The notes under the pieces were generated by a model. That model was given only the letters and a program-made list of their open reading frames with translations, searched no databases and had not been told where the DNA came from. DNA of 64,000 bases from Octopus vulgaris. Lineage: Eukaryota. Both the position numbers and the translations under genes were made by a program. Every line of letters begins with the position of its first letter. Position 1 is the first letter of the stretch. The stretch lies in NCBI GenBank assembly GCA_951406725.2, contig OX597827.1, forward strand, positions 5,580,001 to 5,644,000, in the 5' to 3' direction. Shown one piece after another: positions 43,267 through 55,600 of the stretch.

Positions 43267-43500
43267 TATTTATGTGTGTCTTTGTGCCTATTTTTGTCAT
43301 CCACTACCTCTTGACAACTGGTGCTAGTGTGTTTATATGCTTATAACTTAGCAGTTCACCAAAATAGACCAATGGAATAAATATCAGACTTAAAAAAATA
43401 TGTACTAGGGGTGATTCATGCAACTAAAATTTTTCAATGTGGTGCTCCAGCATGTCCACAGTCTAATGACTGAAACAAATAAAAGATAAAGGATAAAAGG
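42735..43500 (+). mobile_element. SINE family A split by a hairpin element in its microsatellite
   Basis: 5' part ~42735-42865, 3' part ~43275-43500. Confidence 0.78.
42935..43189 (+). mobile_element. Hairpin element in (TA)n (tail + 74-bp inverted arms), PLE-like with decayed hammerhead
   Basis: Arms 43019-43092 / 43116-43189, 2 mismatches; loop contains CTGAAGG; right arm has GAAACGATTGTA. Confidence 0.7.
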
Positions 43501-43711
43501 TATGTGTGTTTGCGTGCATGTGTGTGTGTGTGATTAAGTGTATGTACACATTTATGGTGCCCACGAGAGATTGATGCAAGATGAGTCAAAATGGTTTTTG
43601 TGAATAAAAAATTTCTTGTATATTTTGTTTTTCTGTCTCTTTCATTTGTTGTATATTTATGTATATATATATATATCTATGTATGTATATATATGTACAC
43701 ACATCCATAGT

Positions 43712-44108
43712 CTTTTCTTGTTTCAGTCATGTGACTGTGGCCATGCTGGAGCACCACCTTTAGTCGAGCAAATCGACCCCCAGGACTTATTCGCTGTAAG
43801 CCTTGTACTTATTCTATCAGTCTCTTTCGCCGAACCACTAAGTTACAGGGACATAAACACACCAGCATCGGTTGTCAAGCGATGTTGGTGGGGGGCGCAA
43901 ACACAGACACACAAACATATACACACACACAGACATAGGTATACACATATATACGACAGGCTTCTTTCAGTTTCCGTCTACCAAATCCACTCACAAGGCT
44001 TTGGTCGGCCCGAGGCTATAGTAGAAGACACTTGCCCAAGGTGCTGCACAGTGGGACTGAACCTGGAACCATGTGGTTCATAAGCAAGCTACTTACCACA
44101 CAGCCGCT
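43712..44108 (-). mobile_element. SINE family A
   Basis: Near-complete copy. Confidence 0.9.
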
Positions 44109-44141
44109 CACACATCATAAATATGTTTGTATGTGTAAATA

Positions 44142-44181
<40 letters not shown>

Positions 44182-44281
44182 TTATGGATGTAAATCTATA
44201 TAAAGTCAAGTATCTTTATCTTGACTTCACTGAAGTAGGGCAAAAACATCCCCAGACTAGCTTAGTTCTTATGAAGAAATA

Positions 44282-44681
44282 TCTTTATATATAAAAGTGA
44301 GGTTGTGTGCTGTCTGTCTCCTACGATTTAGATTCCTAACTACTCCCACATTTTGCGGTGCAGTTTAACCAAAACAGGGTATCTTATAGTCGTGATTCAT
44401 ATCGAGCCCTTCTGGGTATTAGTGCACGTCTACGATGAGTCTACGATTTTAAAAAAAATTTACCATCAATTTTTCCCATTTTTAATGCATTTTTGGCATA
44501 TATAAGGGAAGTAACTCTCTAATAATTTATTATTAAATCTCAGAACGTAAAAAGCTACAGTAACACTCCACCCCCCTTTGTGGTTAGCCATATTGAGATG
44601 GCTATTATACTTTACATCTCTAAAAATGCTTATATAGTTATTTCCCTTACAAACCCGAGCAACGTCGGGCGATACTGCTAG
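44282..44681 (+). mobile_element. Non-autonomous Helitron, complete
   Basis: A^TC at 44281/2, CTAG^T at 44678-82, hairpin cccga-gcaacg-tcggg 44654-44669. Confidence 0.92.
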
Positions 44682-46174
44682 TAAAATTTAAATTAATAAT
44701 GATCTTGTATATTAATAATGATAACAATACATTTAAATATTTGTAGATATTTTAATTTAGTTTCTAAACTCAAGTTCTCTGAGATCCTTGTTTGCTATTG
44801 TTCAGTCGTACGAAGTAAGATAAGAACTGAAGTGTTAAATCTAAGTCGTAGCCATCTGTTATATAATGAAGCTCTGGAGATTAGAATATTATTGAGGAAG
44901 CAAAGACAGACTTGATGCTAGACATCTTCATCTATGAAAACCTTTAATAAAGGACAACATTTAGTGTTGTACCTTATTTATTTATTTTTTCATAGAGCAA
45001 TTTCTTGGCAAGATTTATTCCATAACCTGCTGTTAAATTTTGAAAAATAGAAAAAATTAAAATCTTATTTTTTACCTTTTCTTGTTTCTAATTATCTTAG
45101 GTCTCTTTGCTGGTAAGCCATAAAATTATCTTATTTAACCCAAAATGATGAAGCTATATATTTATAATTTTACTTGAAAAAGGGAAAATTGAGTAAAAAA
45201 AATTACCAATTTCTAAGTTGTTATTCCAGATGAAGTGATAGTTTTGTTCCTTTATAGGTAATTAAAAATTATAACTACACATAGACCAAGTAATGAGCTT
45301 GTGTAATGTTTTAATTACAAAGTAGAAAAAGATGTTTTTCTGTAATTTTTGTGTTTTTTGCTTTTTTTGGTTTCGGTGTATGTGGCGGCGGGAGATTTTT
45401 CCTTTTAGTATAAAGAATGGTAATCTAAAAATCAGTGAAAAGCAAAAGAAAAAAGAAATTAATGAACCAAAATAATGGTTACAGATTTTAATTAAAATTA
45501 TTGAAAGATAAAATTTAAATTGTAAGCTTGGCTTTGCAAAAATGAAATTTGTTTTTTTTTTTATAAAAGAAAATATTAAAAAAAAAAATTATACTTTTCA
45601 AGATTCATCTTTGGAAAGGTTTGATGAAACTAATTTTGTTAATCAAGCAACGTCAAAAGCAGCTGCAGGAAACTCTTGAGTATAAAAATAAGTCCATTCC
45701 TTGATGTAGGGTTTTTGTTTTTGTAATTTTGTTCTCTCCAAGCATGTGAAAAGAGAAAAAATTTTAATGATTGAGTCTTAGCCTTAAGACTTTTCAGAAG
45801 CTAAAAACCTTTTTTGAATGAATATAATAATTAATTATTTGTATTATTTTGTATTTCTAGTTTTTTTTTTTTTTAGTTGTATGAAGAAAAAATATTGAAT
45901 ATCATCAAATCTGATGTCCACAAATCCTGCACAAATCCTTAATGCTATATCATGAATACCTTTCTGATATTTATTCTTCCAATTCTAGCATTAGCTATCT
46001 GGATTGAAAACAAGTTTCTCTACATGCCTTCCCAAAAGTATTTCATAATAAAAGCAAACATTTTTGGTTAGTTCCAATAATTAATTCTTCCAGCAAATTG
46101 TCACTTTCCACTACCAGGTTATTGCGTTTATATCAGTCTTCATGTTCTTCTCCATGAAGATGTAGGACCTAGTG

Positions 46175-46484
46175 CATTATTTTCATTATTTACATTTGAC
46201 GGATATGTGTCCCCATCTTGTTGTTAATACAATGTTTCAGCTGATATGCCCTCCAGCTATCTTCAGGTGTCTTGGGGGAAATTTCGAACCTGGTTTCTTA
46301 TTCCTAAGGTATTTTTCGATGTTATTATTATTATTATTATTATTATTGTTGTTATTGTTCAAGTCACTGCTTGGAATCGAACTCGGAATCTTGGGGTTAG
46401 TAGCCCGCGCTCTTAACCACTATGCCATATGCTCAAATAATGTAAATAATGTACATAATTCCTCATGTCTTAAATATAGAACTA
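46175..46484 (-). mobile_element. tRNA-headed element with PLE-type hammerhead tail
   Basis: 12-bp TSD TAGGACCTAGTG (46163-74, 46485-96); A box TGGCATAGTGG, B box GAGTTCGATTCC; (AAT)n linker; CTGAAGA-agctg..cagct-GAAAC; short inverted terminal segment. Confidence 0.8.
46226..46270 (-). ncRNA. Minimal type I hammerhead (slightly decayed)
   Basis: acac-CTGAAGA-t-AGCTG gagggcatat CAGCT-GAA-ACAT-T-gtat. Confidence 0.6.
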
Positions 46485-47182
46485 TAGGACCTAGTGGTTA
46501 GTGTATTAAGCTTATGATCATAAGGTTGTGGGTTCAATTTCTGGACTAGACAGTGCATTGAGTCCTTGAGCAAAGCACTTATTTTCACATTGTTTTAGTT
46601 TGCTTATCTTTAAGGAGGACCAGGCCAGCGCTGGTATAATTCTCTCTTCATTTTTCCCTCTCTCTCCTTCTCTCTCCGGCTGTCATACCCTAGATGTTCC
46701 ACAGGGTCACAGTTGAGGGGTTAAGAGAGTATCTCTCAATACATGACTAGATATGCATCTAAAAAGAATTAGTGAAAACAGGGTACATGTTACCAAACCA
46801 TACTCATTCACAGGAGCATTTCTGGGGAGTGGGGTTAAAACAGTGGTCCCCCTTGGGGATGCTTTTATAGAAGCAACACTTTGGGGTTTGCTATATAAGC
46901 CTGTATAGGGTGGGTGGGGGACAAAATACTGCTATACATTTTGCCTGTTGCAAACATTTCTGCCAGCTTGCTTCCTTACATCTGTTGTATATTGGGAGGT
47001 CATTATGCCAATACACATACAATACACATGCACTGATTTTATTTCACATCTTTATTTCTGTTAGTCAATTGGTTAACCATTCAATCAGTTAATTAATTAG
47101 ATTGGTTGATTGATCATCTTGTCAATCAGTCAGTTGATTAAGATCATTAGCACACTTACCATGTTCAATATAACCTTATAAA

Positions 47183-47420
47183 AGCTCAAGGACTCAATGA
47201 ACTGTCCAGTCCAGAAACTGAACCCACAACCTTATGAACCCACAACCTAACTCCCTAACCACTAGGTCTTGCATCTTCATGGAGAAGAACATGCAGATTG
47301 ATAGAAATCCATGATCTGGTAATGGAGTGTGACCATTTGCAAGAAGAATTAATTATTGTAATTAATCAAGAAAGTTTGCTTCTATTATGAAATACTTTTG
47401 AAAAGGCATGTAGAGAAAAG
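47183..47420 (-). repeat. Right arm of IR2 (empty-site copy)
   Basis: Carries a single gacctagtg site with no insertion. Confidence 0.85.
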
Positions 47421-48285
47421 TTACATCCATGTAACATTGAAATGTTTTAATTTATATTGTATCCTAGACAGTGGGCTTCATTCATTCTTAGTTAAAATTA
47501 AGCTGCCAGATTAAGGAATCCTACCAATAAAAATTAAGAGCATCTTGAAACTTCTAACAGAAAATCTTTACAATAGATGCATTTAAGGAAGTGATTTAAA
47601 TAAAACTTATTTTTCTTCAAATGTTGGCTTATACAAGTACTATTTCCTCATAATAAGGACAGAAATTTCCTTCTGGGGATGAAGAATTTCCTACTGTTAA
47701 CATCTTAGAATTAAGTCATATAAACCTTGAACAATTCTTTGCATGCGATCGATTTTTAAATTTCAACTATTGACCTCAAGCTGTGGTCAAATTAACTATA
47801 TTTTAGAGATATTTTCACAAAAGTGTCTTCAGAAGAACTACTACCAATATCAATAAGGCTGCTTCATATAGCCTGCATGGAAAACTATATAACATTTCTG
47901 TCGGTGAATATTTCTCTGGGAATTTTCTTTAAATTGTCTTTATTTCTTCTCTTCTAGAAAGGTTTAGATTTACATGTTTATCATTCTAAAAATTAGAAAT
48001 TCTTCGCATTTATGAAGATATATATTTCTGATAGAACCTCTGTGGATGTGTGTGTGTGTGTATGTGTAAAACATGAATCGTAATGTGTTTGAATTTTAGG
48101 GAGTAAATTGAAAAACTGTAAATGTGAATATATGCAAGATTAAAAGAGCATTATAAAAGCATGTTGTAGCAATTTTACAGGCATTTTACAGATGTGTGCA
48201 CACATGCATAAATTTGTTCATTCATGCATATATATCTAAATATACTTACACATATTTATTCATTTATATAAATACATACATACAA

Positions 48286-48404
<119 letters not shown>

Positions 48405-48769
48405 AATAGGTGAATGAATTATCCTATGTCTATCGTCAGCATGGAAAATTCGTTTAACCGAAACCTGGGTAGCAAATTCACGTCAGAAACACGGTTGAAG
48501 CGACCTGTCCAAGGGTAGAAACTCCGGGTTCATGTGCAGAAATTTGTGTGTTGTATATGAATAAATGAAAGGATGGAGTCGAACGAAGATGTTAACAAAA
48601 TTCCTTTACTCTCAACATATGTTTCGAAAACAACATGTTCCCTTTCTTTCCTGATGAGAAGATTGCATAATGCACCCTTTATTCCTTTGGAATGAAAACA
48701 TGTTGTCTTCGAAACATATGTCGAGAGTAAAGGAATTTTGTTAACATCTTTGTTCTACTCCATTCTTTC

Positions 48770-48782
<13 letters not shown>
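48405..48782 (+). mobile_element. PLE-derived hammerhead hairpin element, copy 1
   Basis: Between TA tracts; ~150-bp tail + ~86-bp inverted arms (48554-48639 / 48697-48782); homologous to the 49456-49865 element in opposite orientation. Confidence 0.82.
48641..48733 (+). ncRNA. Type I hammerhead ribozyme, intact core
   Basis: cctttctttc-CTGATGA-GAAGA...TCTTC-GAA-ACATATGT-C-gagagtaaagg; GUC site at 48720-22; palindromic stem III ACATATGT. Confidence 0.8.
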
Positions 48783-48811
<29 letters not shown>

Positions 48812-48969
48812 GTATATGTCTTCCTTGGACTTTCCTCTGTCTTCTATTATTGAAGAAGAGCTTTACTCGCAATATAAAACACCCTTTCTTTCCTTCATTG
48901 AGCATCTTATTAATACTTAACATGTACCACATCCTTGCATTGTTGTTTTGTCTTGTTTTTTGGGGGATT

Positions 48970-49020
<51 letters not shown>

Positions 49021-49024
49021 TTAT

Positions 49025-49415
49025 ATGGCTGTGTGGGAAGTAGCTTGCTTACGAACCACATGTTTCCGGGTTCATTTCCACTGCATAGCACCTTGGGCAA
49101 GTATCTTCTACTATAGCCTTGGGCCGACAAAAGCCTTGTGAGTGGATTTGGTACACTGAAAGAAGCCTGTTGTATATATGTATATGTATATGTATGTATG
49201 TCTATATGTTTGTGTGTCTATGTCTGTCCCCACAACATCACTTGAAAACTGATGGGGGGGTGTTTACATCCCCATAAATTAGCGGTTTGGCAAAAGAGAC
49301 CGATAGAATAAGTACTAGGCTTCCGAAGATTAAGTCCTGGAGTTAATTTGCTCAACTAAAGGTGGTGCTCCAGCATGCGCACAGTCACATGACTGAAACA
49401 AGTAAAAGACAAATA
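49025..49415 (+). mobile_element. SINE family A
   Basis: Near-complete copy. Confidence 0.87.
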
Positions 49416-49424
49416 GAGAGAAAA

Positions 49425-49455
<31 letters not shown>

Positions 49456-49464
<9 letters not shown>

Positions 49465-49860
49465 TATGAAAGAATGGAGCTGAACGACGAATTAACAAAA
49501 TTCCTTTATTTTCGACATAGGTTTCGAAGGCTGCATATTCCTAATTGCGAAGGAATAAGGAGTACGTTATGCCGCTTTCTCATCAGGGAAAGCGGCATAA
49601 CGTACTCCTTATTCCTTCGCAATTAGGAATATGCAGCCTTCGAAACCTATGTCGAAAATAAAGGAATTTTGTTAATTCGTCGTTCAGCTCCATTCTTTCA
49701 TATATTTATATTTTTTAAATAAACATACAAATTTCCACACGAAAGCACGTAATCTATGCCCTAGGCACGTAACTTCAATCGTGTTTCTTCTGATGTGAAT
49801 TTGCTAAGCAGGTATAGGTTAATTCGAATTATCCTTAATAAGATAATTCATTCAACTACT

Positions 49861-49865
<5 letters not shown>
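49456..49865 (-). mobile_element. PLE-derived hammerhead hairpin element, copy 2 (perfect 124-bp palindrome + tail)
   Basis: Arms 49456-49579 / 49588-49711 identical in reverse complement, 8-nt loop; tail 49712-49865 homologous to 48405-48553. Confidence 0.88.
49505..49592 (-). ncRNA. Type I hammerhead ribozyme, intact core
   Basis: Minus: tttcc-CTGATGA-GAAAGCGGCATA...TATGCAGCCTTC-GAA-ACCTATGT-C-gaaaa; stem I weak. Confidence 0.72.
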
Positions 49866-49898
<33 letters not shown>

Positions 49899-50145
49899 TT
49901 GCAAGTGAATTTGTGAGGAGATAGATTTCTCTTTAAAGGGATGTCGACATCCAAGCATCCTCTGGTTTTATCTTATATATCAACGAACTTTCTGGAATCT
50001 TGTTTATCCACGGTAGTATTAGTGTTTATTATTTATTAGGCACCAGTATTATACACATTTCAGAGTTCAAGTATTTCGTATAGATTTTTACTTCTTATCA
50101 ATACATGTGGGTATAATTATAGTAATATATCATAAAGGAAATGGA

Positions 50146-50305
50146 ATTTATTTACATGTTGTCAATTATATAAGCCCACAATCATTTTCATATCAATCTC
50201 CATTCAAATTACAATTAGAATTGCTTTATGGAATAATGAAGGTAGATATTTCTTCAGGGTGAAAATTGACACTTAAAATAGCAGCCTGCATTTATGTATG
50301 TGTGT
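50146..50305 (+). repeat. Left arm of inverted duplication IR3
   Basis: Reverse complement of 51005-51208 apart from a ~45-bp indel; ~93% identity by eye. Confidence 0.9.
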
Positions 50306-50346
50306 GTGTTAGCATGTATGAAACAAAGTAACTGTTATAGGTGTAT

Positions 50347-50561
50347 CTCTTTTACTCTTTTACTTGTTTCAGTCATTTGACTGTGGCCATGCTGGAGCAC
50401 CGCCTTTAGTCGAGCAAATCGACCCCGGGACTTATTCTTTGTAAGCCTAGTACTTATTCTATTGGTCTTTTTTGCCGAACCGCTAAGTGACGGGGACGTA
50501 AACACACCAGCATCGGTTGTCAAGCAATGCTAGGGGGACAAACACAGACACACAAACACAT

Positions 50562-50609
<48 letters not shown>

Positions 50610-50771
50610 GACAGGCCTCTTTCAGTTTCCGTCTACCAAATCCACTCACAAGACATTGGTCGGCCCGGGGCTATAGCAGAAGACACTTGCCCAAGATGCC
50701 ATGCAGTGGGACTGAACCCGGAACCATGTGGTTGGTTAGCAAGCTACTTACCACACAGCCACTCCTGCGCC
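50347..50771 (-). mobile_element. SINE family A (young)
   Basis: Complete copy. Confidence 0.92.
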
Positions 50772-51004
50772 TATATATATACTCAATTTTTATTTATATG
50801 TTTATAAGTAAGTCTATTCATTTCATTTTAATTTATATTATTAATTGTGAGAACTTGAATTGATAGTATAATTTTTATTAATTTATTAATTATTTTCTAG
50901 GTATGTTAGTCATAATTGTTGGTATCTAGGGTTAATTTTTATATTTTATTTAATAGATTTAATTACATCTATTTAACCAGGGTATTGTTTTCTATGTATC
51001 ATGT

Positions 51005-51208
51005 GCACACATAAATAAATGCATGCTGCTATTTTAAGTCTGTTGATAAACGCTCAGTCTTTTAGGATGTAAAAACAAATGTTTCAATTTTCGCCCTGAA
51101 GAAATATCTACCTTCGTTATTCCATAAAGCAATTTTAATTGTAATTTGAATGGAGATTGATATGGAAATGATTGTGGGATTATTTAATTGACAAAATGTA
51201 AATAAATT
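51005..51208 (-). repeat. Right arm of IR3
   Basis: See 50146-50305. Confidence 0.9.
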
Positions 51209-51246
51209 GATTATGCTGTGTTCAAACTCTGCATTTTGTTTATGAT

Positions 51247-51278
<32 letters not shown>

Positions 51279-51291
51279 ACACGTGTGTGTG

Positions 51292-51606
51292 GAGGCACAT
51301 GGTTCATGGGTTAGAGTATTGGGCTCACAATCATGACATATTGAGTTCAATTCCTGGACTGGGCTGTGTGTTGTGTTCTTGAGCAAGACACTTTATTTCA
51401 CATTCAAATAAGTTCCAAAGTCAATGGCACCAACTTGTATCAACCTCTGCCTTTCCCTTGGATAGCATTGGTGGCATGGAGAGGGGTGGGTGGTATGCAT
51501 GGGCAACTGCCGGTCTTCTCTAAACAACCTAGCTCAGACTTGTGCTTTGAAGGGTAACTGTCTGGGTCTAATCTCATGGTCATTCATGACTGAAGGGTGT
51601 CTTTAA
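51292..51606 (+). mobile_element. SINE family D
   Basis: ggcacatggttcatgggttagag...gagttcaattcctgg...tgtgttcttgagcaagacact. Confidence 0.7.
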
Positions 51607-51609
51607 CTC

Positions 51610-51983
<374 letters not shown>

Positions 51984-52318
51984 CTTTTTCTTTTCTGATG
52001 TATACATAGATACAAACACACACATATATATATCCAGGAATGTTTAATCATATATCTGTGTGATGCTGCATGTCTATAGATATTCCAATGTGTACAGCAT
52101 ATACATATTTCACCACATAGATTGTGATACACGTGTACTTACATAAGCCAATACATACATAAATATATATGCGAGTAAATAGCTGTGTAGATATGAGTGT
52201 ATTTGAGATGGCAAATGTGTGTGAGAGTGCATATGTGTGCATGCATATGTGTATGTGAATATATATATATAAATACATATATATTCATATATAGATACAC
52301 ACATACATACATACACAT

Positions 52319-52423
<105 letters not shown>

Positions 52424-53403
52424 TATATATATATATGAATATATATATATTGATGCATGGTTGTGCAGGAACATTTGTATATGTGTGTAAGTCCATATGT
52501 ATATGAATATGTGAATTGATTACCTCAGTTTTGCATAAACTTATAATCAGTTGTAACATAATGACTGTACATGCATACAAACTGGAATGTCAGCTAGTCT
52601 TCCATTTTCAATTAACATCCGAAGACTGCAGCTACAATGCAGTCATTAGCACCATTTTCCCGCTAGCTGAAAGGTGCAAGCTTTGAGCTCGCAGCTAACC
52701 AATAATGTACATGCTATATCTATTAGCTTTGATGTTACGACTAGTCAAGGAAATTAACAACTTTGCTTGAAAAGGTCTTATGGCTCTGCCATATGCAAGA
52801 TAGTTGGAGGTCTGTTGCATAGTATAGGAAAATTATCTCCAAAAGTATACGAAGTTAATGAGAAAGGTTTGATTCTTCTAGAAACTTCTATCACTTAAAG
52901 ATAATTCAATAACTTTGCAGCACTTTCTTGCTACTTAGCATTAGTTAGTAACATATTTATTAGTAATCCAACATGAAATTATAGATATCTGGTGTCGAAT
53001 TGTTTTAAATATTAGTCCTTCTCTCTCACTCTCTTCTCTCCTCTCCTTCCCTCCCTCTTTCTCTCTCTGTCTTTCTTCAAATCATACATAAAGTGGAAAA
53101 GTATCTCTTGAGCCTACAGGCTCATTAAGCCAGAACTTAACTGAATATCTGTTGTATTTAAGTGTGTAAAAGTGCTTAACTCCTACCTGCTCGGTTCAAC
53201 ACTAATCTGTTGCAAGGTTAACCCTGCTCAGCTGCCACAAGTTGGATGGACTGAAGTGCTGCGAAATGAAAGTACCTTAAGGACATACTATACTGCCCAA
53301 TTTGAGCCTAGAACCTGTGACCTAATGATTGTGAACCTCACACACTAACCATTAGGCTGTGAATCTTCACATATCTAATACAGGAGAAAAATAGTTTTAA
53401 TCC

Positions 53404-53873
53404 AGGTGTGGGTGTGGCTGTTTGGTAAGAAGCTTGCTTCCCAACCACATGGTTCCTGGTTCAGTCCCATTGCATGGCACCTTGGGTAAGTGTCTTCTGC
53501 TCTAGGCTCAGCTGACCAAAGTGTTGTGAGTGGATTTCGTAGATGGAAACTATATCTGTGTGTGTGTATGTTTATATCTGTGTTTTTGTATATATTTGTG
53601 TGTGTGTGTATCTGTGTGTGTGTGTGTATCTGTGTGTGTTTGTGTGTGTATCTTTGTGCCTATATTTGTCCCTCACCACAGCTTCACAACTGGTAGTGGT
53701 GGTGTCTTTACATCCTTGTAACTTAAAGGTTTTCCAAAAGGAAACCTATAGAGTAAGTACCAGACTTAAAAAGAATAAGTGCTGGGGTTGATTTGTTCGG
53801 CTGAAAAGAATCCCTTCAAGGTGGGGCCCCGAAATGGCTTCAGTCTAATAACTGAAACAAGGAAAAGATAAAA
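53404..53873 (+). mobile_element. Diverged SINE family A
   Basis: All segments present. Confidence 0.8.
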
Positions 53874-54707
53874 CTGTAACAATATCATATTTAATTACAT
53901 TTCTTCTGTTGTATCTTCAACATCACTGCATAGCAACAGCAGCCGAAAACACCTTCAAATTTTATTGTCGGCAAAAACGTAAGCAACGTTGGCTGGAATA
54001 GACTTATTTATACACAGTTTCAGTAAAAGACGGAGGTGGTCACCATTGAACCATCTTTCATCATTGCTGGTCAGGTACTAAATAACAATAACAAAATGCA
54101 TATAATAGAAAAGCCAATAAGAAGGCTCCTATGTAGCTGCTTACCTTGCTAGAAGTAGCAACCAAATTGCTCACAAATCACTTCCTATTGTCTTAAAAAT
54201 GTAAGGAAATATTTGCTAAAATATTCTTTGATATACTCTGCCTAAGAAAGACAGGGTGGTCATGGTTGGAACACCTTTGACCATAGGTCTGCCCAATCAT
54301 AGCTGACCTGTATTTAAACAACTCAATAACACTTTATGTTCTGAAATCAATATGTTGTTTATATCATTAATATACAGGTGCAAGTGTGGCAATGTGGAAA
54401 GAAGTTTGCTTCGCAACCAGATGGTTCCAGGTTCAGTCTCTCTCTGAGGTACCTTTAATGATTATTTATCATCTAATATGTTGGTCCCTATTTATTCTGC
54501 ATGTTGTATATCATAAATTGATGGATTTTTAGAGAAAATATTTTGAAATAATTATGATTGTTAAAACTGTAAACATGGATTTCCATTGAATTATTGAAAT
54601 TACAATGCTCGCAAAACAAAGTAACACCTTAGATCGATACTTCTCAAAATAGGGGTGTAGAGGGGATGATTTTATATGGGTACTAGAGACAAAAGGTGGT
54701 AGGTGCA

Positions 54708-55116
54708 TCTCTTTTACTCTTTTACTTGTGTCAGTCATGTGACTGTGGCCATGCTGGAGCACCGCCTTTAGTCGAACAAATCGACCCCAGGACTTATTCT
54801 TTGTAAGCCTAGTACTTAATCTATTGGTCTCTTTTTGCCGAACCACTAAGTTACGGGGACGTAAACACACCAGCATTGGTTGTCAAGCGATGTTGGGGGG
54901 ACAAACACGGACACACAAACACGCACATACACACATATATATATACATATATACGACAGGCTTCTTTCAGTTTCTGTCTACCAAATCCACTCACAAGGCT
55001 TTGGTCGGCCCGAGGCTATAGTAGAAGACACTTACCCAAGGTGCCACGCAGTGGGACTGAACCCAAAACCATGTGGTTCGTAAGCAAGCTACTTACCACA
55101 CAGCCACGCCTGCGCC
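54708..55116 (-). mobile_element. SINE family A
   Basis: Complete copy. Confidence 0.9.
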
Positions 55117-55235
55117 TGTGCAGTGTTTTTTAGTCTTTGTCTCCTAGTTAAATATTAACTTTTTTTGAAAAAATTATACAAATTAATGTTGATAAGCTGG
55201 TTGTTAACTATAATCACAATAACTGATTTTGAAAT

Positions 55236-55600
55236 ATGACTGTCTGGTAAGACGCTTACTTCCCAACCACATGGTCCTGGGTTCAGTCCCACTATGTAGC
55301 ACCTTGGACAGGTACTTTCTAGAAAGGTCTTGGGCTGACCAAAGCCTTGTGAGGGGATTTGTTGGATCGAATGTGAAGGAAGTCTATTGTATATGCGTAT
55401 GTGTGTGTCTTTGTGTTTTGTGTTTGTCCCCTTCAACTGCTAGACCACTGGTGCTGGATCTTTTACTTAGCAGTTTGGCAAAAGTCACCAATAGAATAAG
55501 CACACGATTTGAAAATAAGTAATTGGATTGATTTGTTTGACTAAACCCTTCAAGATTATATCCTAGCATGGCTGCAGCCCAATGAACGAAACAAGCAAAC
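55236..55600 (+). mobile_element. Diverged SINE family A
   Basis: Head, CORE-like segment and tail recognisable. Confidence 0.75.

Larger units (their letters stand above)
46012..46571 (+). repeat. Left arm of inverted duplication IR2 (interrupted by the 46175-46484 insertion)
   Basis: Reverse complement of 47183-47420 once the insertion is removed; ~80% identity by eye; includes a family D SINE head. Confidence 0.85.

Noticed and set aside
46360-46432. tRNA gene
   Set aside because: Acceptor stem does not close and it lies inside a TSD-bounded insertion; SINE head
48830-48890. ttgaagaagagctttactcgcaat as another hammerhead
   Set aside because: Too many core changes (C3, GAAA) to support from this copy alone
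52594-52604. 11-nt complement to the miR-7 5' end (ctagtcttcca)
   Set aside because: Not a miR-7 precursor; a single short match could be chance and no 3' UTR context is known
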